Assembly (NCBI GenBank): GCA_038231435.1
Contig: JBBRLJ010000008.1
Span: 61,091 to 125,090 of the forward strand
DNA: 64,000 bases
Direction: 5' to 3'
Source: Planctomycetota bacterium
GTDB lineage: Bacteria; Planctomycetota; UBA11346
The notes under the pieces are model-generated. The model did not search any database, was not told the DNA's origin, and saw only the letters and a program-made list of their open reading frames with translations. A program made the translations under genes and the position numbers. Below, piece by piece: positions 1 through 9,750 of this stretch (positions are counted from its first letter, which is position 1; every line of letters starts with the position of its first letter).

Positions 1-63
1 GGGTGATCGACGCTTCCGAGGGTGCGTACCTGGTTCACCGGGTGAAACTGCGTCCGGCGAGGG

Positions 64-600
64 TTACGCCGCTTCCGAGATCCGCTTCAGATTCGCCAGG
101 CCCGCCTCGAAATCCTTGCCGATCATCCGGTCCATATCGCAGAACGTGCTCATCACCTTCATCATGTAGGGACGCGGTCCCTTCATAGCCCAGGTGATCA
201 CCGTGCCTCCGTTGGCGGGCGTGAGCGTGTACTCGGCGACGTTGTGGGCTTCGAAGGGCTTGAGGAAATCCAGCGTGATCGCGAGTCTCGTGGAAGCCGT
301 TGCCTCGGTGATCTCCATGCGCCCCTCGCCGACCTTCTTGTTGCCCTTCCAGGCGTAGACGGCGCCCTTGCCGCGCGGCGCTCCGCTGAAGGAGCGCGTG
401 AGGGCGGGATCCAGTTTCTCCCACGGCGACCACGAAGCCCAGTGGTGGAAGTCGTCGAGGAATGCGAAGACCTTCTCTGGCGGCGCGGCGATGGTGGTCG
501 AGCGCTGGATGACGAAGGCCGCGGACTTGGTCGTGGCATGGATGAGTACGATGGCGATGAGCGTGGCCAGGACGCCGACGATGGAGAGGAAGATGGTCAT
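64..600 (-). CDS. SRPBCC/polyketide cyclase family protein with N-terminal membrane anchor
   Basis: RSTTIAAPPEKVFAFLDDFHHWASWSPW and C-terminal GKDFEAGLANLK are typical of SRPBCC; hydrophobic N-terminus. Confidence 0.85.
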   Translation of the reverse strand: MTIFLSIVGVLATLIAIVLIHATTKSAAFVIQRSTTIAAPPEKVFAFLDDFHHWASWSPWEKLDPALTRSFSGAPRGKGAVYAWKGNKKVGEGRMEITEATASTRLAITLDFLKPFEAHNVAEYTLTPANGGTVITWAMKGPRPYMMKVMSTFCDMDRMIGKDFEAGLANLKRISEAA

Positions 601-701
601 GGTTGTCCGATGTGGAGGGGGACTGTCCGGCGGAGGTCATGGCATCGGGCGGTGATTTCAAGCCGCACGACGCATCATCGCCGCCGCGCGGGGAATCCCG
701 C

Positions 702-747
702 TTGACGTGCAGGGAAAGCATCATATTTAACCAAATAGTTAAATATG
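702..747 (+). promoter_or_regulatory. -35 box (TTGACG, 702-707) and palindromic ArsR-type operator overlapping the start codon
   Basis: Perfect inverted repeat CATATTTAAC-N6-GTTAAATATG at 722-747 in an AT-rich patch. Confidence 0.75.
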
Positions 748-1161
748 GCGATCGACCGTCTCAGCACCACTTTTGCCGCGCTCGCCGACCCGACGCGGCG
801 CGCCATCCTCGCGCGCCTGTGCGTCGGAGAATCCTCGGTCACCGAGTTGGCGAAACCGTTCGCGATGAGCCTGCCGGCGATCTCCAAGCATCTCAAGGTG
901 CTCGAGCGCGCCGACCTGATCGCGCGCGGTCGCGACGCGCAATGGCGACCGTGCAGGCTCGAGGCGAAACCGCTGCGCGAGGCTTCGGACTGGATCGAGC
1001 ACTACCGCCGCTTCTGGGAGGAGAGCCTCGACCGCCTCGAGGATTACCTGCGCGAGCTGCAGGCGCGGCCGCACCACCAGCACCCCCCGACCACGTCGGT
1101 GCCCGATCAGCCACCACCATCCCCCGGGACGATCGGGGCGATCGATCCGGATACCAACTGA
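745..1161 (+). CDS. ArsR/SmtB family regulator (SRPBCC-associated type)
   Basis: FAALADPTRRAIL...SLPAISKHLKVLERA; FWEESLDRLEDYL tail. Confidence 0.9.
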   Translation: MAIDRLSTTFAALADPTRRAILARLCVGESSVTELAKPFAMSLPAISKHLKVLERADLIARGRDAQWRPCRLEAKPLREASDWIEHYRRFWEESLDRLEDYLRELQARPHHQHPPTTSVPDQPPPSPGTIGAIDPDTN

Positions 1162-1230
1162 ACCATTCGCGATGGAGCGATCCATCACATCGCTCTGCCG
1201 AATTCGCCCGGACTCGCCCGCGATCTTCCA

Positions 1231-1265
1231 CACATCACACACCACACACCACACACCACAGGCCA
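1231..1265. repeat. Heptamer simple repeat (CACACCA)n
   Basis: cacatcacacaccacacaccacacaccacaggcca, intergenic. Confidence 0.7.
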
Positions 1266-1279
1266 TCAAGGAATCCTCA

Positions 1280-1789
1280 ATGGTAGAAAGGTCCGCGAAT
1301 CCCAAAGAGTTCGTCATCTCACGCGTGTTCGCCGCGCCGCGCCAGCTGGTGTACGATGCCTGGACGCGGAAGGAGCACCTGATGCGCTGGTTCGGCCCCA
1401 AGGGCTTCACCATGCTCGCCGCCCACGCCGACATCCGTCCCGGTGGCAGCTTCCATTACGGCATGCGCTCGCCAGAGGGGCACGAGATGTGGGGCAAATG
1501 GGTGTTTCGCGAACTGGTCGCGCCGGAGCGGATCGTGCTCGTCAGTTCCTTCTCCGATGCCAACGGCGGCGTGGCCAGGCACCCCATGAGCCCGACCTGG
1601 CCGCGCGAAACGCTGTCGACCACGACCCTCACCGAGCAGGCGGGCAAGACCACCCTCGTCCTGCGCTCGGCTCCGCTTGATGCGAGCGATGCGGAGCGCG
1701 CGACGTTCGATGGCGCGTTCGACGGCATGGACAAGGGCTGGGGCGGCACCATGGACCAGTTCGCCGCCTATCTTGCGACCCTCACATGA
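1280..1789 (+). CDS. SRPBCC/AHSA1 domain protein
   Basis: ISRVFAAPRQLVYDAWT...RWFGPKG...DIRPGG; AAGGA upstream of ATG 1280. Confidence 0.88.
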   Translation: MVERSANPKEFVISRVFAAPRQLVYDAWTRKEHLMRWFGPKGFTMLAAHADIRPGGSFHYGMRSPEGHEMWGKWVFRELVAPERIVLVSSFSDANGGVARHPMSPTWPRETLSTTTLTEQAGKTTLVLRSAPLDASDAERATFDGAFDGMDKGWGGTMDQFAAYLATLT

Positions 1790-1803
1790 CCCCCGGAGTG
1801 ACC

Positions 1804-2232
1804 ATGACCAGCGACGACGCTTCCAAATCCCCCACCCGGTTCCTGCCCGCGATCGGCCGGGTGCTGATGGGATTGGCCTTCACGTTCTTCGGCTCGAACG
1901 GGCTGTTCCACTACCTGCCCGATCCGAAGATGGAATTGCCCGATAAGGCCATGTCGTTCATCATGGCCCTGGTGAACAGCGGTTACATGATGCCGATGAT
2001 CTGCGGTACCCAGCTGATCGTCGGCCTGATGCTGCTGACCAATCGCTTTGTGCCGCTGGCGCTCGCCCTGATCGCGCCCTTCATCGTCAACAGCGTGGCC
2101 TTCCACCTGTTCCTCGAACCGGGCGGCCGCGTCATGTCGCTGATCGTCCTGGCCTTCGAGCTCGCGCTCGCCTGGGCGTATCGCGGGTCGTTCAAGCCGA
2201 TGCTCGCGATGAAGGCCAAGCCGGGGCCGTGA
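1804..2232 (+). CDS. DoxX-like membrane protein
   Basis: GRVLMGLAFTFFGSNG...NRFVPLALALIAP...FH; 4 TM segments; alternative start 1786 overlapping upstream stop. Confidence 0.8.
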   Translation: MTSDDASKSPTRFLPAIGRVLMGLAFTFFGSNGLFHYLPDPKMELPDKAMSFIMALVNSGYMMPMICGTQLIVGLMLLTNRFVPLALALIAPFIVNSVAFHLFLEPGGRVMSLIVLAFELALAWAYRGSFKPMLAMKAKPGP

Positions 2233-2310
2233 CCGGCGGATTGTCCGGGTTTGACGCCTCCGCTTCCCTCTCACCGATGGCGGCTACACCCATTCCCCAG
2301 GGGTCCGACC

Positions 2311-4737
2311 ATGCGGGTGCTTCTCGATCGACCGCCATTCCATGGGCCGGCCAAGAACCGCTGGGAGCGCGGCTGGTGGCCGGCGCTGTGGCTCGAGCCA
2401 GAGACCCCGCCGGTCCTGGGTCCGCAGGTATGGGCGTGGCGCCGGCGCTTCACGCTCGATGCGGCCACGCGGATCAGACTGCACGTCAGCGCCGACGAGC
2501 GTTACGAACTGTATCTCGATGGTGAGCGCATCGGCTGTGGCCCCGAGCGCGGCGATCGCCAGGTGTGGTATTTCGAATCCCACGATCTCGACCTCGTAGC
2601 CGGCGAGCACCTGCTGACCGCTCGCACCTGGTGGTTGGGGCCGGACGCGCCCGCGCCCTATGCGCAGGTGTCGCTGCGCCCGGCCTTCCTGCTCGCTGCC
2701 GAGAACGTCGATAAAGCGCTGCTGAATACCGGCCACGCGCCGTGGGAAGCGCAGCGCATCGATGGCTACTCGCTGATCCCGCCAGGGATGACCTGGGCGA
2801 CCGGCGTGAAGGTCGAGATCGATGGCTCGCGTTATCCGTGGGGCTGGGAGCTCGGCGGCGGCGGCGGCTGGACGCAGCCCAAACCCATCTGCACCGCCGG
2901 CAACGAGAGCGAGTCGGTAGACCACGATCTGCGCTGGTGGCTGCGCCCCGCCGAACTGCCAGCGATGCGCAACGAACGCTGGAGCGGTGGACGCGTCCGC
3001 CACCTCGAGCCGATCGCCTCGCTCGATACCGGCGATCTGCGCGTCGAGTCCAGCCGGCACGTGCCGGTCGAGGCGGTCGCGTGGGAGGCGCTGCTGGCGG
3101 GCCGCGCCGACGTGGTCATCCCGCCGCGCACGCGCAGGCGCGCGATCATCGATCTCGACGGCTACGCGTGCGCCTATCCGACGCTGGTCGTCAGCGGCGG
3201 CGCCGGCTCCGAGGTGCGCGTGAACTGGGCGGAATCGCTGTTCGAGGCGCCGCGCCAGGAGCACGGGGCGAAGGGCCAGCGCGACCAGATCGAGGGCAAA
3301 TGGTATTGGGGCACGGGCAACCGCTTCCATCCCGACGGCGGCGCCCGCCGTCTCTTCGAGGGCTTGTGGTGGCAGTCGGGCCGTTTCATCGAAGTGCTGA
3401 TCGAGACCGGCGACGCGCAGCTCACCGTGCATGAATTGACGCTGCGCGAGACCGGCTATCCGCTCGCGCGCGCCTCATCCTTCGTTTGCGCCGATCCGCG
3501 CCATGGCGCGCTCGATCCCTTGTTGTGGCGGACCATGACCGCATGCAGCCACGAGACCTTCGTCGATTGCCCATACTACGAACAGCTGCAGTACGTCGCG
3601 GACTGCCGCGTGGAGGCCCTGATCACCTACGCCACCGCCAACGATCCGACGCTGGCCCGCAAGGCGATCGCCACCTTCGACCGCAGCCGCATGCACAGTG
3701 GCCTGATCGAGTCCCGGGCTCCGCACTCGAAGCGTCAGATCCTCAGCACCTTCAGCCTGTGGTGGGTGGGGATGGTCCATGATTACGCGATGTGGGTGGA
3801 CGACCTCGGTTTCGTGCGCGAGCGCATGCGCACGTTGCGCGGGATCCTCGATCATTTCCTGGCGCACGTGGACGCTCGCGGACTGCTGATCGCGCCGCTC
3901 GGCTGGTCGTTCATCGACTGGTGTCCTGAATGGCTCGATGCCGTGCCGCCTGACGGCGAACAGGGCGAGTGCAGCGGCGTGCTATGCTGGCTGCTGGTGT
4001 GGTCGCTGCGCCAAGCCGCCGATCTCGAGAACGTCCTCGGAGAACCCGAGTTGTCTCAGCGTTGGCAGCGGCGTGCATCCGAACTGGCCGCCGCCACCGA
4101 TGCGGCGTTCTGGGACGAAGGCCGCGGTCTCTACGCGGACACGCTGCGCCATGGGGAATTCAGCGAGCACGCGCAAGTATTGGCGCTGCTTTCGGGCGCG
4201 GCGCCGGCGGCGCGGCGCGCGCGCATGATCTCAGGCCTGGCGGGCGTCAGAAGTGATGGCGGCGCGAGCCTGACGCGCGCAACCTGGTACTTCACCCATT
4301 ATCTCGGTGAGGCACTGGCGATGTCGGGACGCGTCGACGTGCTGCTCGCGCGGCTCGAGGCCTGGTTCGGGTTGCCGGCGCAGGGTTTCTTGACCATCCC
4401 CGAGCGACCAGAACCGAGTCGCTCGGATTGCCACGCCTGGTCGGCGCACCCGCTCTACCACCAGTTGGCGAGCATCCTCGGCGTGCGGCCATCATCGCCG
4501 GGGTTCGCCACGGTACGCATTCGGCCGCAGCTTGGCGGCCTCGCGAAGGCCTCGGGCCGCATTCCGCATCGATTGGGCGAGATTGTAGTGGATGTCGCCC
4601 GCGACGACTCCGGAAAACCAGGTGGCATGCGCGGAGAGGTCGTGCTTCCCGCGGGCCTGAGCGGCACGCTGGAACTCGGTGACGAGGTGATCACGCTCGA
4701 ATCCGGTAGAACGCCGTTCAGTTCGCTCGGCACGTGA
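2311..4737 (+). CDS. Alpha-L-rhamnosidase-like glycoside hydrolase (GH78)
   Basis: HVSADERYELYLDG, ETFVDCPYYEQLQYVAD, RSDCHAWSAHP, PHRLGEI. Confidence 0.88.
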   Translation: MRVLLDRPPFHGPAKNRWERGWWPALWLEPETPPVLGPQVWAWRRRFTLDAATRIRLHVSADERYELYLDGERIGCGPERGDRQVWYFESHDLDLVAGEHLLTARTWWLGPDAPAPYAQVSLRPAFLLAAENVDKALLNTGHAPWEAQRIDGYSLIPPGMTWATGVKVEIDGSRYPWGWELGGGGGWTQPKPICTAGNESESVDHDLRWWLRPAELPAMRNERWSGGRVRHLEPIASLDTGDLRVESSRHVPVEAVAWEALLAGRADVVIPPRTRRRAIIDLDGYACAYPTLVVSGGAGSEVRVNWAESLFEAPRQEHGAKGQRDQIEGKWYWGTGNRFHPDGGARRLFEGLWWQSGRFIEVLIETGDAQLTVHELTLRETGYPLARASSFVCADPRHGALDPLLWRTMTACSHETFVDCPYYEQLQYVADCRVEALITYATANDPTLARKAIATFDRSRMHSGLIESRAPHSKRQILSTFSLWWVGMVHDYAMWVDDLGFVRERMRTLRGILDHFLAHVDARGLLIAPLGWSFIDWCPEWLDAVPPDGEQGECSGVLCWLLVWSLRQAADLENVLGEPELSQRWQRRASELAAATDAAFWDEGRGLYADTLRHGEFSEHAQVLALLSGAAPAARRARMISGLAGVRSDGGASLTRATWYFTHYLGEALAMSGRVDVLLARLEAWFGLPAQGFLTIPERPEPSRSDCHAWSAHPLYHQLASILGVRPSSPGFATVRIRPQLGGLAKASGRIPHRLGEIVVDVARDDSGKPGGMRGEVVLPAGLSGTLELGDEVITLESGRTPFSSLGT

Positions 4738-4844
4738 ACTCGCATCACGAATTCCTCTCGCTCGGCACGTAAGCCGAACTCGAGAATCCATTCCGGGAAT
4801 CCCTAGAGAGAGAAAAGACAGCGCTCCGTCGAGTAGAATCCACA

Positions 4845-4884
4845 AGTCCTGCACCCTGGGGGCGATGCCCCAGGGTGCAGGACT
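4845..4884. terminator. Perfect 17-bp hairpin between convergent genes (terminator- or REP-like)
   Basis: AGTCCTGCACCCTGGGG-N6-CCCCAGGGTGCAGGACT; no long U-tract. Confidence 0.6.
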
Positions 4885-4925
4885 GTACGGCTCGAAGCCG
4901 AGGCGATCGTAGTCTTCGAACGCGA

Positions 4926-5066
4926 TCAGTGCGCGCGGCCGAAGAGGAACAGCAGGCCGATCACCGCCAAGGCGATGATGGCGATGCCCACCAAGGAGTA
5001 CCCCCCGACGGCGCCGGCGCGGACGGCATTGGTTGAGCGCACGATCATCGTATTGAGCTTATCCAT
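4926..5066 (-). CDS. 46-aa single-TM small protein
   Basis: Clear AGGAG RBS ahead of ATG; MDKLNTMIVRSTNAVRAGAVGGYSLVGIAIIALAVIGLLFLFGRAH. Confidence 0.65.
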   Translation of the reverse strand: MDKLNTMIVRSTNAVRAGAVGGYSLVGIAIIALAVIGLLFLFGRAH

Positions 5067-5374
5067 GACCAATTCTCCTGTGATGTCCGGGTGATCTCCG
5101 GTGGAAACCCGGCAGTTCGTGACCGGCATGAGCGTTGATTGTACCCGATGGCCATCTGCCCCATCGCAAAAACCTCGGAAGACTCGACCCTTTACGACGG
5201 GCGCTAAGAGCACCTAGTCCGGATATTCATCCGAGTCCTGGACCCACAGGAAATCGAGATGGATGATCATGGCGGAGCTGACTCTGCATTGTACGAGCAT
5301 CCCTGTTCGCACGCAGCAAGCGATGGCGGGAATCCTCGACAACAGAGGGAGGAGGACGGCGCCGACGGAAGGTG

Positions 5375-7855
5375 CTAGGCGATCGCGTTGGCACCAGGAT
5401 GGAGCACGGTTCGCTGCGTCCCGACGATCAGGGTGCCGCTGACCCCGACAGGCAGCCCGATGGCGCCGCGCAGGCGGTCGCCATCGCGCGCGAGCGACAC
5501 CGTGATCGCGCCCAAGGGATGGGGCACGGTGCCCGCGACCCGAGCCAACGGTCCGAGCTGCGGCTCGACATCGACGCGCGCGAACGCGAACGCCGCTGGC
5601 CTCACCCCGAGGATCGTGGCCTGCCAGTGGAACAAGGGATGGGCGCTCCAGGCATGGCAATCCGAACGCGTCGAACCGAAGTGCTCGGGGAAGGTCGTCA
5701 GGCCCTCCGCCACCGCCTCGTGCCACGGCGCGAGCCGCGCGAACAGCGCATCGACTCGTCGGGCCAGCCGGCAGGCCTCGAAGAGGTAATGGCTGAAGTA
5801 GGCTCCGGCTCGCGCTAGCGAAGGATCGGCGAACAACGTCGCCGAGGCGCGCGCCGCCAACGCGGCCGGAAGCGCCTCGGAGATCAACGCCAGGCACTGG
5901 CCGTGCTCAGAGAACGCCGCGTGCCCGATATCGTCCGCGAACGCTCCCCGGCGCTCGTCCCAGAACACCTGGATCAGCGCCGCGACGACCTCGTCGCGCA
6001 GCCGCGCGACCCGGGCCGCGAGCTCGGCCTCGCCCAGCCAGCCCTCGAGAGCCGCGGCTTGGCCGAGCGCGATCGCCAATTGCCAGTTCAGGATGCCGCT
6101 CACGCCACCTGGCTCGCCGCCCGCGGGGACTCCGCCGGGAAAGGCGCCGTCGACGTAGTTCCAGCCGCGCAGGCTGCGCGCCAGGCCGTCGGCGTCGCGG
6201 CTGGCGAGGAAGCGATCGATGACTGAGCGCACGCCCGGCATGAGCGCGGCTACCGCGTCGCGGCCGCCACGCCACATCGCGACATCGTGCACCATCGCCA
6301 CGTGCCAGAGAGCGAAGGGCGGGATGATCTGACCGGCGCTGCCGGGATGCGAGGCGGTGACCAGGCCGGTCGGATTCGCGCGCGATGAATCCAGCAGGGT
6401 GAGCGCCTTGCGCGCCAGGCGGTCATCACGGGTGAGCGCGTACCCAGCCAGCGCCTGGATGCGCGTGTCGCCCACGTACATCAGCTGCTCGTAATACGGG
6501 CAGTCCATGTAGGTCTCGTGGGCGCACATCCGCAGGGTGCGCAGCGCCACGCCCATGATGCGGTCGAGGGCAGTGTCGCCGGTCGCCGGAGGCGCCGCAT
6601 CGATGGGATGGCCGGTATCGCGGAAGGAGAGCTCAGCGATGGTCAGCGCCGTCGCTGCGGTGGTGATCTCGATCTGCACGTAGCGCCCGGCGCGCCACCA
6701 TGGCGGCTCGAATCCGCGCTCGTGGCCGTCGGCGGTGAAGCGGTCACCGAATCCGATAAAGCACCTGCTAGCGATGACATCGCGATGGCCTTTCGCCCTC
6801 CCGCCCGGTGAGTCGGCGAACAGCGCCTCGGCCCAGCGCACGCGGATCTCGGCTCCGGCGCCGCCCGAGACGCGCAAGCGCGGATACGCGCAGCGGTAGA
6901 CCCCGAGATCGATGAGCACGCGCCGACTCGCGCCACCAGGGACCGACAGCGGGACCGCTGCGCCGATTCCGTCGCCGAAGAGCGCGCTCCACGCCGCGCG
7001 TTCGGCTGGCAGGTCGGATGACGGCTCGATCGGTTCGCCGGGTGGCGTGGTCGATACATGGCGGACAGCGGGTGCGTTCGTGGGCGCGCTGGTCGACATC
7101 GCCGCGAGTGTTCCTGGCAGCATGAGCCGCACCGGCGTCATCGCGGAGAGATGGAAGCCGTTGGTGCCGGCGGCCCGGCGTTCGACGCCCGTCCAGCCGT
7201 CACCTTCGCCGGATTCATGGCCCCAGGCGTAGGCGGCCGCGTCGATGTCGAACGCGGCGCCGCCACCGAACGACGTGCCCAACTCGTCGCCACCGCCACG
7301 GAACGCGATGCCCGGCAGGCGTTTCGCCTCCCAGGCAGCCACGCCGGTGCCCAGCAGCGCGATGTGCGTCTCGTCGTCCGGCGCGCAGATGAAGCCGTGC
7401 TCGACCGAGATCTGCGCCCAGGGCGCAAGGCGGCCGACCGACCACACGCGCGCCACCAGCGTGTGCCGCCCAACGGGCAGGTCGAGTCCGTAGGTCTCGT
7501 AGTACCAATGCGCGCGGTCTCCACGCTCGCTGCCCTCGCCGATGCGCTCGCCATCGAGGAACAGTTCGTAACGCTCGTCGGCGCTGACGTGGCAGCGGAT
7601 CACGGTTGCCGCTTCGAGCGTGAAGATGCGACGGTATGCCGCGGCGAATGGCGGCTGGCCGGCCGATTGATGCGTGCGCACCCATGCGCACGGCCACTGG
7701 TCGAGCGCGGTCCACGGCTGCGCCGGGTCATACTCCGGTCTGCCGGGATAGGGGGGAGCGGTGACCAGGATCCGCGTGGCGGGCATGCCGGATGGTCGAC
7801 GCTCGCCTGGCGCGTCCAGGGGGGAATTCGTCCGCGTGTCGACCGCTGAGGTCAC
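5375..7855 (-). CDS. Second GH78 alpha-L-rhamnosidase-like protein
   Basis: HVSADERYELFLDG, HETYMDCPYYEQLMYVGD, RSDCHAWSAHP; start could be 7786. Confidence 0.88.
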   Translation of the reverse strand: MTSAVDTRTNSPLDAPGERRPSGMPATRILVTAPPYPGRPEYDPAQPWTALDQWPCAWVRTHQSAGQPPFAAAYRRIFTLEAATVIRCHVSADERYELFLDGERIGEGSERGDRAHWYYETYGLDLPVGRHTLVARVWSVGRLAPWAQISVEHGFICAPDDETHIALLGTGVAAWEAKRLPGIAFRGGGDELGTSFGGGAAFDIDAAAYAWGHESGEGDGWTGVERRAAGTNGFHLSAMTPVRLMLPGTLAAMSTSAPTNAPAVRHVSTTPPGEPIEPSSDLPAERAAWSALFGDGIGAAVPLSVPGGASRRVLIDLGVYRCAYPRLRVSGGAGAEIRVRWAEALFADSPGGRAKGHRDVIASRCFIGFGDRFTADGHERGFEPPWWRAGRYVQIEITTAATALTIAELSFRDTGHPIDAAPPATGDTALDRIMGVALRTLRMCAHETYMDCPYYEQLMYVGDTRIQALAGYALTRDDRLARKALTLLDSSRANPTGLVTASHPGSAGQIIPPFALWHVAMVHDVAMWRGGRDAVAALMPGVRSVIDRFLASRDADGLARSLRGWNYVDGAFPGGVPAGGEPGGVSGILNWQLAIALGQAAALEGWLGEAELAARVARLRDEVVAALIQVFWDERRGAFADDIGHAAFSEHGQCLALISEALPAALAARASATLFADPSLARAGAYFSHYLFEACRLARRVDALFARLAPWHEAVAEGLTTFPEHFGSTRSDCHAWSAHPLFHWQATILGVRPAAFAFARVDVEPQLGPLARVAGTVPHPLGAITVSLARDGDRLRGAIGLPVGVSGTLIVGTQRTVLHPGANAIA

Positions 7856-9589
7856 CTACTGGGCGGCGTAGAGCACGTAGCCGATGAACATCTCATCCCA
7901 GCTCTGCTCGCCCCAATGCACGCTCTTCTTCGGATCGGGATTCGACTCCTTGCCCGGCGAGTTGTCGAAGGCGCCATCGACCACGATGGTGGTGCCCGCG
8001 GGCAGCTGCCGCGGCTGCGCGAAGCGGTAGAACATCTGCCAGTTCATGTCGTACGCCGGCACCGACAGCAGCTGCTCGCGCTTGCCGTCGGGATAGCGCG
8101 CTTCGTAGGTCATCCACGAACCGCGCAAGTGCATATGTGGAGCCAGGCCGTAGAGCGTCACGGCCGATCGCGCAGTCCACGTCGCCTGGACCGGGACCTC
8201 GGCGATGCCGGGTGGGATCTGGAACTCCATCGCGCGCGCGCTCACCACCTTGGCCTCGCGCGCCGGCTTTGCCGGCAGGAAGTAGAGACCCAGGCGCGGA
8301 TGGTCGGTGGTGGCCTTGCCGTAGGTGGTGTAGTGCAGCTGGAAGGAGATGCGCGCCCCCTTGGGCAGGAACCTTCCGGTATTATTGGGCAGCACGCACG
8401 GTGGCATGCCGGGCGCGTAGTTGGCCAGGAAATCGTCGAGCCCGCTCAGCTTGTTCGCGTCCGGTGCTTCGCCAGGGGCGAGCACGAAGGCGATGGCGTG
8501 GTGCATGGCTCGGCGATCGCTCGGATGAATGTCGACCGCGCGCACCCAGGCGTCCTTCGGCAGGTTGGTCGCGACCTCGAAGCGGCGATATGGCTGCACG
8601 CCGTTGGCTGGCACCTCCTGCGCCGGACATTCGACGATCAGATCCGGCTTGCCCAGTGGCCATTCCTGCGGCGCCGGCAGCGGCTTCGCCAGGGGATCCT
8701 TCGCCGCGCCAGACTTGCTGTCGAGAGCCGCGCCGGCCTCGATCCAACGCACCAGCGCTCGGGCTTCGTCGGGTTGGAGCGGGGTCTGATTCTCGAACAC
8801 GCCCGGCATCGCGTCGATGCCCCACGGCGGCATGCGCCGGGTGCGGATGGTCTCGCGCATCATCGCCGCATGGTCCACGATCCGTTTGCCCGAATCCATC
8901 GCCCACGGCGCCACCCCTCCGGCGCGATGGCACGAGACGCAGCGCGTCTCGAGGATCGGCGCGATGTCCTTGGCGTAGTCGTAGACGCGATCGGGCTCGA
9001 CGCGGGTGAGCTTGCAGCCCTTGCTCGCGGGAGCATCCGTCGCGGGCGCCGTGCCGGCGATGACCGCGTCGATGGCGTCCTCGAGATAGCGGTGAATCGC
9101 TTCCGCCTTCTGCGCGCCGTAGCCGAGGCGATCGTCCACCGGTCCGCGCCAGCGCACCTGCCAGGTCCGGGTCTCGATCACCAGCGCCTCTCCGGTGCGG
9201 TCGAAAGCCAGGCTCGGCCCGATGATCTGCGCGGGATCGAGCAGGATCGGCAAGGTCGTCCCAAGTTCCTTGGCCTCGGCCGCGACGCGCGCGCGGTCGT
9301 CGCCGGCGGTCGAGTCGAGCAGCCACACGCGTGCCTTGGCATTGTGGTCCTTCGCGAGGCGGTCGAGGCTCGCCACGTCCTGGCGCGCGATCGGGCAGCC
9401 GAGCTGATACGAGTAGAGCACGACGACCGGCACATCGGCGCAGGCATGGAGACGGTGCTGCCGACCCTGCTGGTCGAGGGCTGCGAAATCATCCAACGCG
9501 TCGGAGCCTTGGAGCGACGCGGCCAGTCCGGTCACCAGTAGTGCGGCGAGGGGCCATCGGACGCGTGCGGGAGCGGTGGAGGGCATCAT
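7856..9589 (-). CDS. Secreted redoxin + cytochrome c (CxxCH) + copper type II monooxygenase-like protein
   Basis: Signal peptide; GCP redoxin with RGPVDD and GC; CVSCH haem motif; MPPW; MHH, LHY, PHMH and DEM copper-ligand motifs. Confidence 0.8.
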   Translation of the reverse strand: MMPSTAPARVRWPLAALLVTGLAASLQGSDALDDFAALDQQGRQHRLHACADVPVVVLYSYQLGCPIARQDVASLDRLAKDHNAKARVWLLDSTAGDDRARVAAEAKELGTTLPILLDPAQIIGPSLAFDRTGEALVIETRTWQVRWRGPVDDRLGYGAQKAEAIHRYLEDAIDAVIAGTAPATDAPASKGCKLTRVEPDRVYDYAKDIAPILETRCVSCHRAGGVAPWAMDSGKRIVDHAAMMRETIRTRRMPPWGIDAMPGVFENQTPLQPDEARALVRWIEAGAALDSKSGAAKDPLAKPLPAPQEWPLGKPDLIVECPAQEVPANGVQPYRRFEVATNLPKDAWVRAVDIHPSDRRAMHHAIAFVLAPGEAPDANKLSGLDDFLANYAPGMPPCVLPNNTGRFLPKGARISFQLHYTTYGKATTDHPRLGLYFLPAKPAREAKVVSARAMEFQIPPGIAEVPVQATWTARSAVTLYGLAPHMHLRGSWMTYEARYPDGKREQLLSVPAYDMNWQMFYRFAQPRQLPAGTTIVVDGAFDNSPGKESNPDPKKSVHWGEQSWDEMFIGYVLYAAQ

Positions 9590-9750
9590 CGTATCACGTA
9601 CTGGACCAGGGTGCGATGGTGGCGCAAGGAAGCTCCTAGCTGCTATCCGCGGGTTCGACGCCATCCGAATTGCTCGTACGCTCTGGCTCGCTCGCGGCCA
9701 CCGCCGGCACGGGTGCATGCCAGGGCCGAGCATCTCAAACGGAGACCACC

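Noticed and set aside
1231..1265. Heptamer repeats (also 55622-55700) as functional arrays
   Set aside because: Common intergenic simple repeats; no evidence of function
4723..4770. 13-bp direct repeat TCGCTCGGCACGT as a target-site duplication
   Set aside because: Only 22 bp between copies and no element; likely a local duplication
5067..5374. Riboswitch upstream of the small peptide
   Set aside because: Some hairpins but no recognisable aptamer consensus
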